Of a stretch of DNA of 64,000 nucleotides, positions 7,718-16,800 are shown one piece after another. Position 1 is the first letter of the stretch. The number at the start of each line of letters is the position of its first letter. Source of the DNA: Actinomycetota bacterium (GTDB lineage: Bacteria; Actinomycetota; Aquicultoria; SKW223); assembly GCA_026417515.1 (NCBI GenBank), contig JAOADC010000001.1:4779-68778 (forward strand), in the 5' to 3' direction. Below the pieces are notes generated by a model. It searched no databases. It saw only the letters and a list, made by a program, of their open reading frames with translations, and was not told the DNA's origin. Made by a program: the position numbers and the translations under genes.

Positions 7718-10356
7718 TTTCCCCTGATCTTCTTTAAAACCATTTCCTCAACAATATCCAAAGCCTTTTCGAGATTTTCAAGTTGTTTTCCTCCTGCCTC
7801 AGCCATCAGATTGCTTCCTCCACCGCCACCACCAATCAACTTAGCAGCTTCGCGAGCCAATTCTGAAGCATTTAAACCTCTTTGGGAGAGTTGATTCGAT
7901 AAGGCAACATAGAAAGATGGCCTGTTTCCGTATTTTGAACCAATTATTACGACATATTCATTAAAACTCTTACGTGCCCTATCTACAACTTCTTTAAGAT
8001 CTTTGAGTGGACGAGAATCAAAAACTCCCTTTATAATTTGTACTCCATTCTCTTCATAGGACGAATTGATAATCATCTCTATAGATTTCTTGAACTCAAT
8101 CTTTTCTGTCTTTTCAAGTTCTTCTTTGAGTCTCTCATTCTCTTCTGCGATTTCCTTTACTTTATGAACTAATTCTTCAAAATGGACGTTCAATGAGGTC
8201 TCAAGTTCTCTTGCTACAGAAATATATTTCTGAGCGCTCTCTAAGGCTGATTTTCCTGTAATCCCCTCAATTCTTCTAAGCCCACTACCTATGCTTCTTT
8301 CTGATCTGATGATAAATAATGAGATTTCTGCAGTATTATTGACATGGGTTCCCCCACAGAGTTCGCGGCTAAAGTCCCCTGATTCCACAACCCTTACATA
8401 ATCACCATATTTTTCTCCAAAAAGTGCAATCGCACCTATCTGTCTCGCATATTCAATCGTTGTTTCAAATTTTCTAACAGGATGTGCTTCGGCAATCTTC
8501 TGATTGACGAGATTTTCTATTTTTTCAATCTCCTTCCTGGTCAAACCTCTCTCATATGGAAAGTCGAATCTAAAGTAATCAGGCCCTACGAAGGAACCAG
8601 ACTGTTTTACGCCATCGCCCAAAACAATTCTGAGTGCCCAGTGGAGCAAGTGAGTGGCTGTATGATTTCTCTCTATGTTACGACGTCTTAATCTATCTAT
8701 AAACAGTTTTACCCTTGAGCCTGAATTTACCTTTCCTTTCATCACTTTACAACGATGAACTATGATGTTGCTGTAAGGTCTTTGAGTATCATATACTTTT
8801 AATTCGAAGGATCCGTTTACTTCGTTAATAATTCCTGTATCGCCGACCTGTCCTCCACCTTCTGGATAGAACGGTGTTTGTGAAACAATAACTTCAACTT
8901 CTTCACCTTCGTAAGCTTCGTTAACCACTGAACCATTTTTGATAATCACCAGAAGATCGGCTTCATCCTCATCTTTCTCATATCCTGTAAACTCAACCTC
9001 GCCAATTTTTGAAGAAATTTCAGAATATAATGAGGCATCAAAGATAAACTTTTTCCCTTTCCAACTCTGTCTTGACCTTTCTCTTGATTCCTCGGCAATC
9101 CTTTGAAAATCTTCAGTATCAACTAAAAACCCTTTTTCTTTTGCAAGCTCAATAGTAAGCTCAAGAGGAAAACCAAAGGTATCGTAAAGTTTAAAAGCAG
9201 ATTTTCCTGAAATTAGATTTTTTCCCTGTTTTTTCAGATTCTCAAGTTCTTCATCAAGCATCAATATTCCTCTTTCAAGAACTTGCAAGAACTTTCTTTC
9301 TTCAGCAGAAATCATTGTAATTATGAAATCTCGATTACTTTCGAGTTCAGGGTAGCTATCTGAGAAGTTTTGTATGACCACATCAGCAATATGTGCAGAA
9401 ATCTCTTCTTTAAAGCCGAGTTTGCTGGCATGACTGAGGCTTCTTCTTATCAGTCTTCTTAAAACATAACCTCTTCCCTCATTAGAAGGAATAACACCAT
9501 CAGAAAGAAGGAAGGTGGATGCTTTTAAATGGTCAGCAATTATCTTCATTGATCTATCATGTTCTGGGTTATCTCCATATTCGATACCAACGAGTTCAGA
9601 TATCTTTTTGATGATTGGTAGCAAAAGGTCAGTCTCAAAAACAGTTCTTGCTTGCTGCATAAGCAAAGATATTCTTTCGAGTCCCATACCTGTATCTATA
9701 TTCTTTTTTGGTAGTGGAGTTAGCGTTCCGTCTTCATTCTTGTTGTATTGCATAAAAACAAGGTTCCAGATTTCTAAAAAGCGATCGCAATCGCAACCAG
9801 GTTTGCAATCCGGCCTCTTACAACCAAATTCTTCTCCTCTGTCTACAATCAACTCTGAACATGGACCGCATGGACCAACAGGACCAGCTTCCCAAAAATT
9901 GTCTTCCTTACCTAATCTAACAATTCTGTTCTCTGGAAAGTCAAATTCTTTTGACCAAATTTCAAATGCTTCGTCATCGTCTTCGTAGATGGTAACCCAG
10001 AATCGATCCTTATCAAGTTTTAGCCTCTCAAACAGGAATTCGACAGCAAAACCGATGGCTTCTCTCTTGTAGTAATCTCCAAAACTAAAGTTACCAAGCA
10101 TTTCAAAAAAAGTAAGATGACGCGCTGTTTCTCCAACGCGTTCAATGTCGCTTGTTCTAACACATTTCTGAACTGTTGTAACTCTACTGTAAGGTGGTAC
10201 TGCTAGACCCAAGAAGTAAGGTTTGAATTGCACCATTCCTGCAGCAGTAAGAAGCAGAGTAGGATCATCAGGTACAAGAGATGAAGAAGGAAGTACGGCA
10301 TGTCCTTTTTCTTTGAAAAAATCCAGAAACAATCTTCTTATGTGAGAGCTCTTCAA
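7714..10356 (-). CDS. alaS: Alanine--tRNA ligase
   Basis: 880 aa; N-terminal IRRLFLDFFKEKGH; class II motifs; editing domain HTATHLLH...CGGTH; C-terminal DHHA1 GGGGG. Confidence 0.95.
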   Translation of the reverse strand: MKSSHIRRLFLDFFKEKGHAVLPSSSLVPDDPTLLLTAAGMVQFKPYFLGLAVPPYSRVTTVQKCVRTSDIERVGETARHLTFFEMLGNFSFGDYYKREAIGFAVEFLFERLKLDKDRFWVTIYEDDDEAFEIWSKEFDFPENRIVRLGKEDNFWEAGPVGPCGPCSELIVDRGEEFGCKRPDCKPGCDCDRFLEIWNLVFMQYNKNEDGTLTPLPKKNIDTGMGLERISLLMQQARTVFETDLLLPIIKKISELVGIEYGDNPEHDRSMKIIADHLKASTFLLSDGVIPSNEGRGYVLRRLIRRSLSHASKLGFKEEISAHIADVVIQNFSDSYPELESNRDFIITMISAEERKFLQVLERGILMLDEELENLKKQGKNLISGKSAFKLYDTFGFPLELTIELAKEKGFLVDTEDFQRIAEESRERSRQSWKGKKFIFDASLYSEISSKIGEVEFTGYEKDEDEADLLVIIKNGSVVNEAYEGEEVEVIVSQTPFYPEGGGQVGDTGIINEVNGSFELKVYDTQRPYSNIIVHRCKVMKGKVNSGSRVKLFIDRLRRRNIERNHTATHLLHWALRIVLGDGVKQSGSFVGPDYFRFDFPYERGLTRKEIEKIENLVNQKIAEAHPVRKFETTIEYARQIGAIALFGEKYGDYVRVVESGDFSRELCGGTHVNNTAEISLFIIRSERSIGSGLRRIEGITGKSALESAQKYISVARELETSLNVHFEELVHKVKEIAEENERLKEELEKTEKIEFKKSIEMIINSSYEENGVQIIKGVFDSRPLKDLKEVVDRARKSFNEYVVIIGSKYGNRPSFYVALSNQLSQRGLNASELAREAAKLIGGGGGGSNLMAEAGGKQLENLEKALDIVEEMVLKKIRGN

Positions 10357-11423
10357 GTTTTCCTCCCCTGTTCAAGAAAGTTTCTTTGCAACCAGACCTT
10401 GATGATTCCGGCAGCAGGAACGGCAATAATTATACCTATAAAACCAAATAAGGTTGCACCGAGCAAAAAAGAGAACAAAATAGCAATTGGATGAATTTCT
10501 GTGTTTTTTCCAACAATCATAGGCGAAAGAAACATTGATTCAAATTGCTGAACCAAAAACATCGTTAACGCAGTCCAGATCGCCATATATGGTGAAACAG
10601 AGAGCGCAAGAAGAACGGCAAGGCTGCCAGCAAAGATAGGACCAAAATAAGGAACAAGATCAAAAATGGCTACCAGTACTCCAAGAAACCCTGCAAGTGG
10701 AACACCGAGAATGTACAAAACAATGCCTGATATTAAACCAGTTATTGCAGCAACTATTATCTGTCCTCTAACAAAAAGCGCTATTTTTCTATTGCTTTCA
10801 GTTAAGAATTCAACTGCTGAATCTCCAAAAGCGCCCTTAAGGAAGGCTTTAATAGTTTCTGAAATAGGTTTCCAGTCCTTAAGAAAATAAACAGAAATAA
10901 TAAACGCTAAAATTAGGTTTAACATTGAAGAAATAAAAGATATACCGGCAATCGAAACAGATCTGAAGATGTTTAAGGCTCTTGAAGACAGATCTCCAAA
11001 TCCTCTTTGAATAAATCCTTCAATCTGAGATGTTACGTTATATCTGCTTAAAAATTCTTTTAAACGGTCGATTAAATTCATCAAATTTTTTTCTATTTTA
11101 GGTATGTACTGTACAAATTCCTTTGCCTGGGCCACCAACATCGGAATGAAAATAACCAAAAGCAATACAAGTAAAACAATGAAGATGAGATAGGTGAAGA
11201 GCAATGAAAGAGGCTTAGGCAATTTTCTGTGTCTAAAAAACAGGTAAAGAGGTCTTAACATATAAGTTATAAAGAGACCAATGATAAACGGCGTTAAAAC
11301 AGGCATAAGGCTTTTGATTGCGAGGTACAAGACATAAATGGCAAGCGCGATTATTAAAAGAGATTTCGCAGGCTCGACAAATTCTTTCCAGTTCCTGCCA
11401 AAACTATCAGATTTTGTAGCCAA
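10353..11423 (-). CDS. AI-2E family (PerM/YhhT-like) transporter
   Basis: 356 aa polytopic membrane protein with AI-2E-like topology and conserved C-terminal region. Confidence 0.7.
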   Translation of the reverse strand: MATKSDSFGRNWKEFVEPAKSLLIIALAIYVLYLAIKSLMPVLTPFIIGLFITYMLRPLYLFFRHRKLPKPLSLLFTYLIFIVLLVLLLVIFIPMLVAQAKEFVQYIPKIEKNLMNLIDRLKEFLSRYNVTSQIEGFIQRGFGDLSSRALNIFRSVSIAGISFISSMLNLILAFIISVYFLKDWKPISETIKAFLKGAFGDSAVEFLTESNRKIALFVRGQIIVAAITGLISGIVLYILGVPLAGFLGVLVAIFDLVPYFGPIFAGSLAVLLALSVSPYMAIWTALTMFLVQQFESMFLSPMIVGKNTEIHPIAILFSFLLGATLFGFIGIIIAVPAAGIIKVWLQRNFLEQGRKT

Positions 11424-11577
11424 GTTAATTCTCCCTTGCGTTTAGTTCAATAATGATGAATTTTATCTTTTCAAAGGAATTTTCAAACATTTCACTAAAA
11501 AAAGATCTGAACCTTTTTCTTCTAAAGATAAAGATGGAAAAAATTAGAAGGATTGCTAACTGAATAATCTTTCTCAT

Positions 11578-11922
11578 CTACTTCTTACCTTTCATAATTA
11601 TGCTTGCTGCATTCTTGATAGCATTGGCAAAAGATAATATGCGAGTTAATCCTGGAGCCACAAGGACTTCAACTTGCTGAATACCTGATTTCAGCTTTCC
11701 CGAGATTTCCTCTACTTTCTTGAATGCCGTCTCTACTCTTTCAAGTTCAGAATTAATATTCTCAATTGTTTTCTCCAGTTCCTTAATTACTGGAATAACT
11801 TCATTCGTTATTAGTTCAATTGTCTTTTTTAAACTGGCAAACAACATACCTAGCCAGAAAAGAGCGAATGCAGCACTTAATCCCACAACGAGCCAGATCA
11901 AAAAATAAAGAAAATCCATCAA
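11578..11922 (-). CDS. DUF948 family membrane-anchored coiled-coil protein
   Basis: Single N-terminal TM followed by a coiled coil, about 114 aa, typical of DUF948 general-stress-like proteins. Confidence 0.55.
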   Translation of the reverse strand: MMDFLYFLIWLVVGLSAAFALFWLGMLFASLKKTIELITNEVIPVIKELEKTIENINSELERVETAFKKVEEISGKLKSGIQQVEVLVAPGLTRILSFANAIKNAASIIMKGKK

Positions 11923-13229
11923 TCTCCACTTCCCTTTCGTTTTATTAATTCTCTTAACTTCTCAAGCCTTTGCTGAATTTTTTTCTCAAAACCCTGAGAA
12001 GTGGGCTTGTAATATATTTTACCTTTTAACTCTTCTGGCATAAGACTTTCAGGATAAAAATGACCTTCATATTCATGAGGATATTTATAATCAACCCCAT
12101 GTCCCAGTGTTCTTGCGCCATAGTAATGAGAATCTCTGAGCTTTAAAGGAACTGTAATTGAAGGGTTTTCTTTAACATCTTTCTGGGCATTAATTAAGGC
12201 AAGATAAGAAGCGTTACTCTTTGGAGATGATGCCAAATATGTAACAGCATGGCTCAGGTTGATAAGACACTCAGGCAAGCCAACTCTTTCAACTGCATCA
12301 AAAGCAGCATTGGCAACCAGTAAAGCAAGGGGGTCAGCATTTCCTATGTCTTCTGAAGCAAAGATTATCATTCGTCTTGCGATAAACTTTGGATCCTCTC
12401 CTGCCTCTATCATCCTTACCATATAGACTAAAGCCGCATCAGGATCTGATGCTCTGAGGCTCTTAATAAATGCAGAAGCAAAGTCATAATGAAGATCTGC
12501 TGATTTATCGTAATAATAAGTGGTTGCAGTTAAAACTTCTTTAACATCTTCAAGAAATATAATTTTTTCTCCTTTTCTTTTAGCAAAATTTGATGCTGCT
12601 TCAAGCAAATTTAAGGCACGTCTTGCATCTCCATTTGATTGCTTAATGATAAGATTCATAGCGTCATCGCTCAGCTCAAATTCAGAATTCAATCCATCCT
12701 TAAGCGTAAGCGCTCTCCTTAAAACCTTCTCAATTTCTTCTTCGCTAAGTGGCTCAAGAACCAAAAGCATACATCTTGAAAGAAGAGGCCTGATAACTTC
12801 AAAAAAGGGATTCTCAGTCGTGGCACCTATGAGAATGAGTTCACCGCTTTCCACAGAAGGCAAAAGCGCATCCTGCTGAGCTTTATTAAAACGGTGGATT
12901 TCATCGATAAATAGAATTGTTTTTCTGCCTTCTATGTTGTTTCTTTTTGCTGTCTCGATTATGCTTCTAACTTCCCTTACGCCGGACTCTACAGCAGAAA
13001 GCTGATAAAATTCAGCATCTATTGATTCAGCAATCAGATATGCAAGTGTTGTCTTACCTGATCCAGGTGGACCGTAAAGTATGATTGAAGGCACATTTCC
13101 TGATTTTAGGTAGGTCATTAATGGTGAATTTTCAGAAACAATGCGTTCCTGTCCTATGAACTCATCAAAGGAACGCGGTCTGATTCTATACGCTAAAGGT
13201 GCGTCATTATGGATAAAATTGTTTTCCAC
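11919..13229 (-). CDS. rarA: Replication-associated recombination protein A (AAA+ ATPase)
   Basis: FDEFIGQE...ILYGPPGSGKTTLA Walker A, ILFIDEIHRFNK Walker B / sensor, MgsA C-terminal domain, 436 aa. Confidence 0.85.
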   Translation of the reverse strand: MENNFIHNDAPLAYRIRPRSFDEFIGQERIVSENSPLMTYLKSGNVPSIILYGPPGSGKTTLAYLIAESIDAEFYQLSAVESGVREVRSIIETAKRNNIEGRKTILFIDEIHRFNKAQQDALLPSVESGELILIGATTENPFFEVIRPLLSRCMLLVLEPLSEEEIEKVLRRALTLKDGLNSEFELSDDAMNLIIKQSNGDARRALNLLEAASNFAKRKGEKIIFLEDVKEVLTATTYYYDKSADLHYDFASAFIKSLRASDPDAALVYMVRMIEAGEDPKFIARRMIIFASEDIGNADPLALLVANAAFDAVERVGLPECLINLSHAVTYLASSPKSNASYLALINAQKDVKENPSITVPLKLRDSHYYGARTLGHGVDYKYPHEYEGHFYPESLMPEELKGKIYYKPTSQGFEKKIQQRLEKLRELIKRKGSGD

Positions 13230-13265
13230 AGTTATTATTTTAGTTTACTTGCAATGGAATTTCTC

Positions 13266-14591
13266 TTATCTGGAAACGTACTTCTTTGGAAGAGTTCTTA
13301 TATATCCTGCACCATCTATAACTTTTATAGAGATGTTTTTTGTAGAGCGATCAGAAATTTCTATTTCGTTCCAACCTTCAAATTTCGGTTCTGAAAGGCT
13401 TCTTACCATTCCATCGCTGTCGTAAGCATAGATAGTCGTAATAACTGGTTCAGAAACATAGAACTCGCAGGTAACCGTTGTTCCAGTGGAAAACACCTTT
13501 CCGTACTTTACAGTAGGCTTTTTCGTATCCTTAATTGCATAGTATTCAACCACGATTGGTTTAACAAAAAATTTGGTGGGACCTTTGCCTTCGATTCTTA
13601 AACGAAACTCCTTATTCCGTGGGTTAAAACCATAAAATGGAAATGTGGAGCCTATAAGTTTACCTGCGTATTGTCCCGTATTTTCCAACGGGTCGAAGGT
13701 ATAAGATTCACCACGCTTTTCCGGTCCTTCACTTGGCGCGTTTGCAAGTGTCCACTCGTAAAGATAACTCGGATCAAACCTGTTTATTGCATAGTTGTAG
13801 AATCTTGCATAAAGGGTTTCTTCTTGTTGATCAGCAACTATTATTCCATCGAGTGAAACTCTACCCATTAGATAATTTAGGCCTGATGGTAGTCTTCTTA
13901 CATAGTCCACGTAGAAATAGTTTGAATTATAGGCTGTAAACATTGCAGCTTCCATTGCTGCTCCATCTGGCTGATAGAAGTTGTTCACATAATTGTAAGG
14001 AATGTTGCCACTGCTTACTTTCCATGGATAGATGACAAAAGAACCCTTTATCACGTTGTAAAACTTTATAGAATCGCTATCCTTATACTTCCCACTTTTA
14101 GCGACAACTTTCAATATGTGTTCTGATTTAGCATAAGTATCTGGATTAAAATCGAACCTGTAGGGCGGTGTCTTTAACTCGGCAACTTTTTCCCCATCTA
14201 AATAAAATGTAACACTATCAATATTTCCATTATCACTTGATGCAGATGCAATAAAACTGATGTTTCTATCGATTATGCTGTTTCTTGATGGGTAAATCAG
14301 CCTTACTGATACAGGACTACCTTCATCTTCTTTTGATTCAATAACTGGTGGTTTCTTAGCATCGAGATAACTCAGAAAATCATCGAGTGTGAATGGGGTC
14401 CAGGTGGTATTAAGTGTTATCGAAGTTTCTTGAATGATCTCGTCCAGGGATACTTTTTTTACTTCAACTTTTTTAGTGGGAACAAATGTTTTTGGCTGTT
14501 CAACCTCCTTCCTTGTGCAACCAACAAGAAAGGAGAAAATGACTATAAGAATTATTAAAGTAAATATCTGATATCCTTTCCTTTTAAACAT
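13266..14591 (-). CDS. Lipoprotein of unknown function with an Ig-like (Big-type) domain, Tyr-rich
   Basis: Signal peptide plus lipobox LVGC. The segment VSVRLIYPS...DSVTFYLDGEKVAELKTPPYRFDFN resembles a bacterial Ig-like domain. No catalytic motif recognised. Confidence 0.45.
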   Translation of the reverse strand: MFKRKGYQIFTLIILIVIFSFLVGCTRKEVEQPKTFVPTKKVEVKKVSLDEIIQETSITLNTTWTPFTLDDFLSYLDAKKPPVIESKEDEGSPVSVRLIYPSRNSIIDRNISFIASASSDNGNIDSVTFYLDGEKVAELKTPPYRFDFNPDTYAKSEHILKVVAKSGKYKDSDSIKFYNVIKGSFVIYPWKVSSGNIPYNYVNNFYQPDGAAMEAAMFTAYNSNYFYVDYVRRLPSGLNYLMGRVSLDGIIVADQQEETLYARFYNYAINRFDPSYLYEWTLANAPSEGPEKRGESYTFDPLENTGQYAGKLIGSTFPFYGFNPRNKEFRLRIEGKGPTKFFVKPIVVEYYAIKDTKKPTVKYGKVFSTGTTVTCEFYVSEPVITTIYAYDSDGMVRSLSEPKFEGWNEIEISDRSTKNISIKVIDGAGYIRTLPKKYVSR

Positions 14592-14593
14592 TC

Positions 14594-15169
14594 TTATTCG
14601 CTCCCCTGGTCGTTCACAGTTTCGGTTGATTCTTGAAGTGCACCACCAGTAACGTTATAAACTGCCTGTATAATCGTCTTTTCATCAACATATCCAGAGT
14701 ATTCTTTTACAATCTGTCCCTTTTCATCAATCAAAGCCAAAAAAGGAACTGAAGTGACTCCTAATGAATCGACTAAACCGGACACGTGCTCAGGTTTGTC
14801 GATGTTTAAAGCAATAAAAATTAGATTCGATGCATATGGTGTCTGCATCAATTTCTTCAAATTTTCACGAACAATGAGAGATATCTGGTGATTCTCCTTA
14901 AATATGAAAATAAGAATAGGTTTCTTTTGTTGAAGAGCCTCAACTATAAACTGTGGGGTTGACTTGTCCACCTTAAGCATTACCGGTAATTTTAAGGGGG
15001 TCCTTAGAGGCGCGTTTTGAGTGGTAGCACTCTGCGTGGTTGAACCTGAAGGCTGAAGGGCTGTTTGAGAAATTTGTTCAGCCGTGGGTGCGTTACCTCC
15101 ACATCCTGATAGAAGTAACGTAACCATAATTGCTACGATTATTGCTGCATTAATGCGTGTAGACTTCAA
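14594..15169 (-). CDS. Thioredoxin-fold lipoprotein lacking a CxxC active site
   Basis: Lipobox LSGCGG. The C-terminal Trx-like pattern (PILIFIF...VPFLALIDEKGQIV) has no CxxC; the only Cys is the lipobox Cys. Confidence 0.4.
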   Translation of the reverse strand: MKSTRINAAIIVAIMVTLLLSGCGGNAPTAEQISQTALQPSGSTTQSATTQNAPLRTPLKLPVMLKVDKSTPQFIVEALQQKKPILIFIFKENHQISLIVRENLKKLMQTPYASNLIFIALNIDKPEHVSGLVDSLGVTSVPFLALIDEKGQIVKEYSGYVDEKTIIQAVYNVTGGALQESTETVNDQGSE

Positions 15170-15245
15170 CTTTCCTCCGATAAATTAAATAATAACACAA
15201 TTTTGTTCGTTAATAATCTTTTCGTCTTTTATTAAAATAACTTTA

Positions 15246-16208
15246 ATGGTTTCTTTCAGTGAATACTACTCGTTCAGGCATATCATCCAGGATTTTGCCC
15301 CGTTTTTTAAAATCATATCATTATTTTTTGCAATCGCTTATATCGTTTTTGCCTCGCTGAAAAAAAGAAAATCTATAAGGATTATTTCGTTTATATCATC
15401 GTTATTTTTCTTTGTCTCGTTCCTGATAATCTTATACTTCCACATAAAGATTTATAACAATATTTACCTAACTGCGAATTTTCTTAAGACACCGCTTAGA
15501 TTATTCCCGCCTCTCTGGATTGAAAGCGAAAAGATATTTTTCTGGACTTTTTTAATGCTTCTATTTTCTTTTCCAGTTCTTATATCTTCAAAGAACGATT
15601 TGGAAAAAATAAAACCAATTTGCTTCATAATTGCAGCGTTTTTGATTGCAGTTGCTTTTATTGATCCATTTTCAAACCCGTTACCAATACTTCACTCTGA
15701 AATCACTGCTCTTGAATCAGCAGCAAATTCTTGGCAAAGCGGTCCATCTATCTCATACATAATGAATTTCTATTATCGAGTTAAGTATTTTTATCATTCG
15801 GCCTATATGTGGATACATCCTCCTCTTTTATTTATCTCATATGCACTCTTTTCTCTTGCCTTTCCCTATCACTTAATGCTCATATTTAAGAAGGATTCAC
15901 CAAATTCTTTATTTGAGGAATTTTCCTATAAGTTGGTTGCTCTTGGCTATATCTTTCTTACTTTCGGTATGCTTGTTGGTTATCCGTGGGCTATCGAAGC
16001 ATGGAGCAACGAGGCATGGTGGTGGAGCCCAAAGATAAATGTTTCAATTATGATGTGGCTATTTTACACAGCTTATCTTCATGCAAGAATATACCCTCAG
16101 AATTGGACAAAAAGAACATCATTTGTTCTGGGTGCATTATCTTTTGTTTCCTTAATCTTCACCTATGCAACAACTTATTTTATGCCTGGGGTGCATAGTT
16201 ATGGTTAA
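15246..16208 (+). CDS. CcsA/CcmC-family (cytochrome c assembly-like) membrane protein with a variant WWD motif
   Basis: Polytopic membrane protein. The Trp-rich segment YPWAIEAWSNEAWWWSPKINVSIMMWLFYTAYLHAR resembles CcsA WGxxWxWDPKExW...LH but has Ser instead of the conserved Asp. Confidence 0.5.
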   Translation: MVSFSEYYSFRHIIQDFAPFFKIISLFFAIAYIVFASLKKRKSIRIISFISSLFFFVSFLIILYFHIKIYNNIYLTANFLKTPLRLFPPLWIESEKIFFWTFLMLLFSFPVLISSKNDLEKIKPICFIIAAFLIAVAFIDPFSNPLPILHSEITALESAANSWQSGPSISYIMNFYYRVKYFYHSAYMWIHPPLLFISYALFSLAFPYHLMLIFKKDSPNSLFEEFSYKLVALGYIFLTFGMLVGYPWAIEAWSNEAWWWSPKINVSIMMWLFYTAYLHARIYPQNWTKRTSFVLGALSFVSLIFTYATTYFMPGVHSYG

Positions 16209-16800
16209 TTTTAAAAACAGCCTTGTCTACCTAACTGTTGCTGTCTTTGCTGTTCTTGCCTTGCTATTTCTTTACGCTTCCTTTTATATCTGGTATCAAT
16301 CTCAACTGAATCCTAATTATGAAGAATCTCACGACTACTTAAATTACATCGATAATATGAATTTCTTTGCAACGCTTCCCGCAGTCCTGCTTGTTGTTTT
16401 GCTTGTGCTTTGTCTGGAAAGGAAATCCAATTTCCGTTCTAGTTTATTGATTGTAATATCAATAATTGCTTTAAGTATTTTTGCATTTGTTATTTATGGT
16501 GGAAAATATTCTGTTGGTTTTGCTACTCTTTCATCAACAATTTATCAGTTCTTCTTGCTTGTAAGATTGCTATCTGGAAGTAACGTACCTTCTGAAAAGT
16601 ATTTACGCGTCCAAAAGGCAGGATCACTAATTTTACATTCAGGTTTCAGTCTACTTATATTTGCTTGGGTTCCATTAAACTCATCTGAATATGAAATTCC
16701 TGTTTTCTGGATATCTGTCTTACTAATTACCACAGGCTGTATTCTTTCCTTTTTTGGTGCTGAAATGTTGAAAGTATATAAGAAGATCTTCAATCTCTGA
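16201..16800 (+). CDS. Small polytopic membrane protein of unknown function (start probably at the ATG overlapping the upstream stop, ATGGTTAA)
   Basis: About 200 aa with 4-5 predicted TM helices. The ATG at 16201 overlaps the stop of the CcsA-like gene, suggesting translational coupling. No family recognised. Confidence 0.4.
   Translation: MVNFKNSLVYLTVAVFAVLALLFLYASFYIWYQSQLNPNYEESHDYLNYIDNMNFFATLPAVLLVVLLVLCLERKSNFRSSLLIVISIIALSIFAFVIYGGKYSVGFATLSSTIYQFFLLVRLLSGSNVPSEKYLRVQKAGSLILHSGFSLLIFAWVPLNSSEYEIPVFWISVLLITTGCILSFFGAEMLKVYKKIFNL

Noticed and set aside
9515-9988. 157-aa plus-strand ORF inside alaS
   Set aside because: Antisense to alaS, a conserved essential gene. There is no RBS or recognisable domain. 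Typical shadow ORF.
11424-11577. 154-nt intergenic gap (largest in the window) checked for an RNA gene, riboswitch or small ORF
   Set aside because: Only a 33-aa AT-rich ORF (MMNFIFSKEF...) with no RBS. No cloverleaf-like or conserved structured-RNA features are visible. Most likely just the promoter region of the AI-2E/alaS transcription unit.
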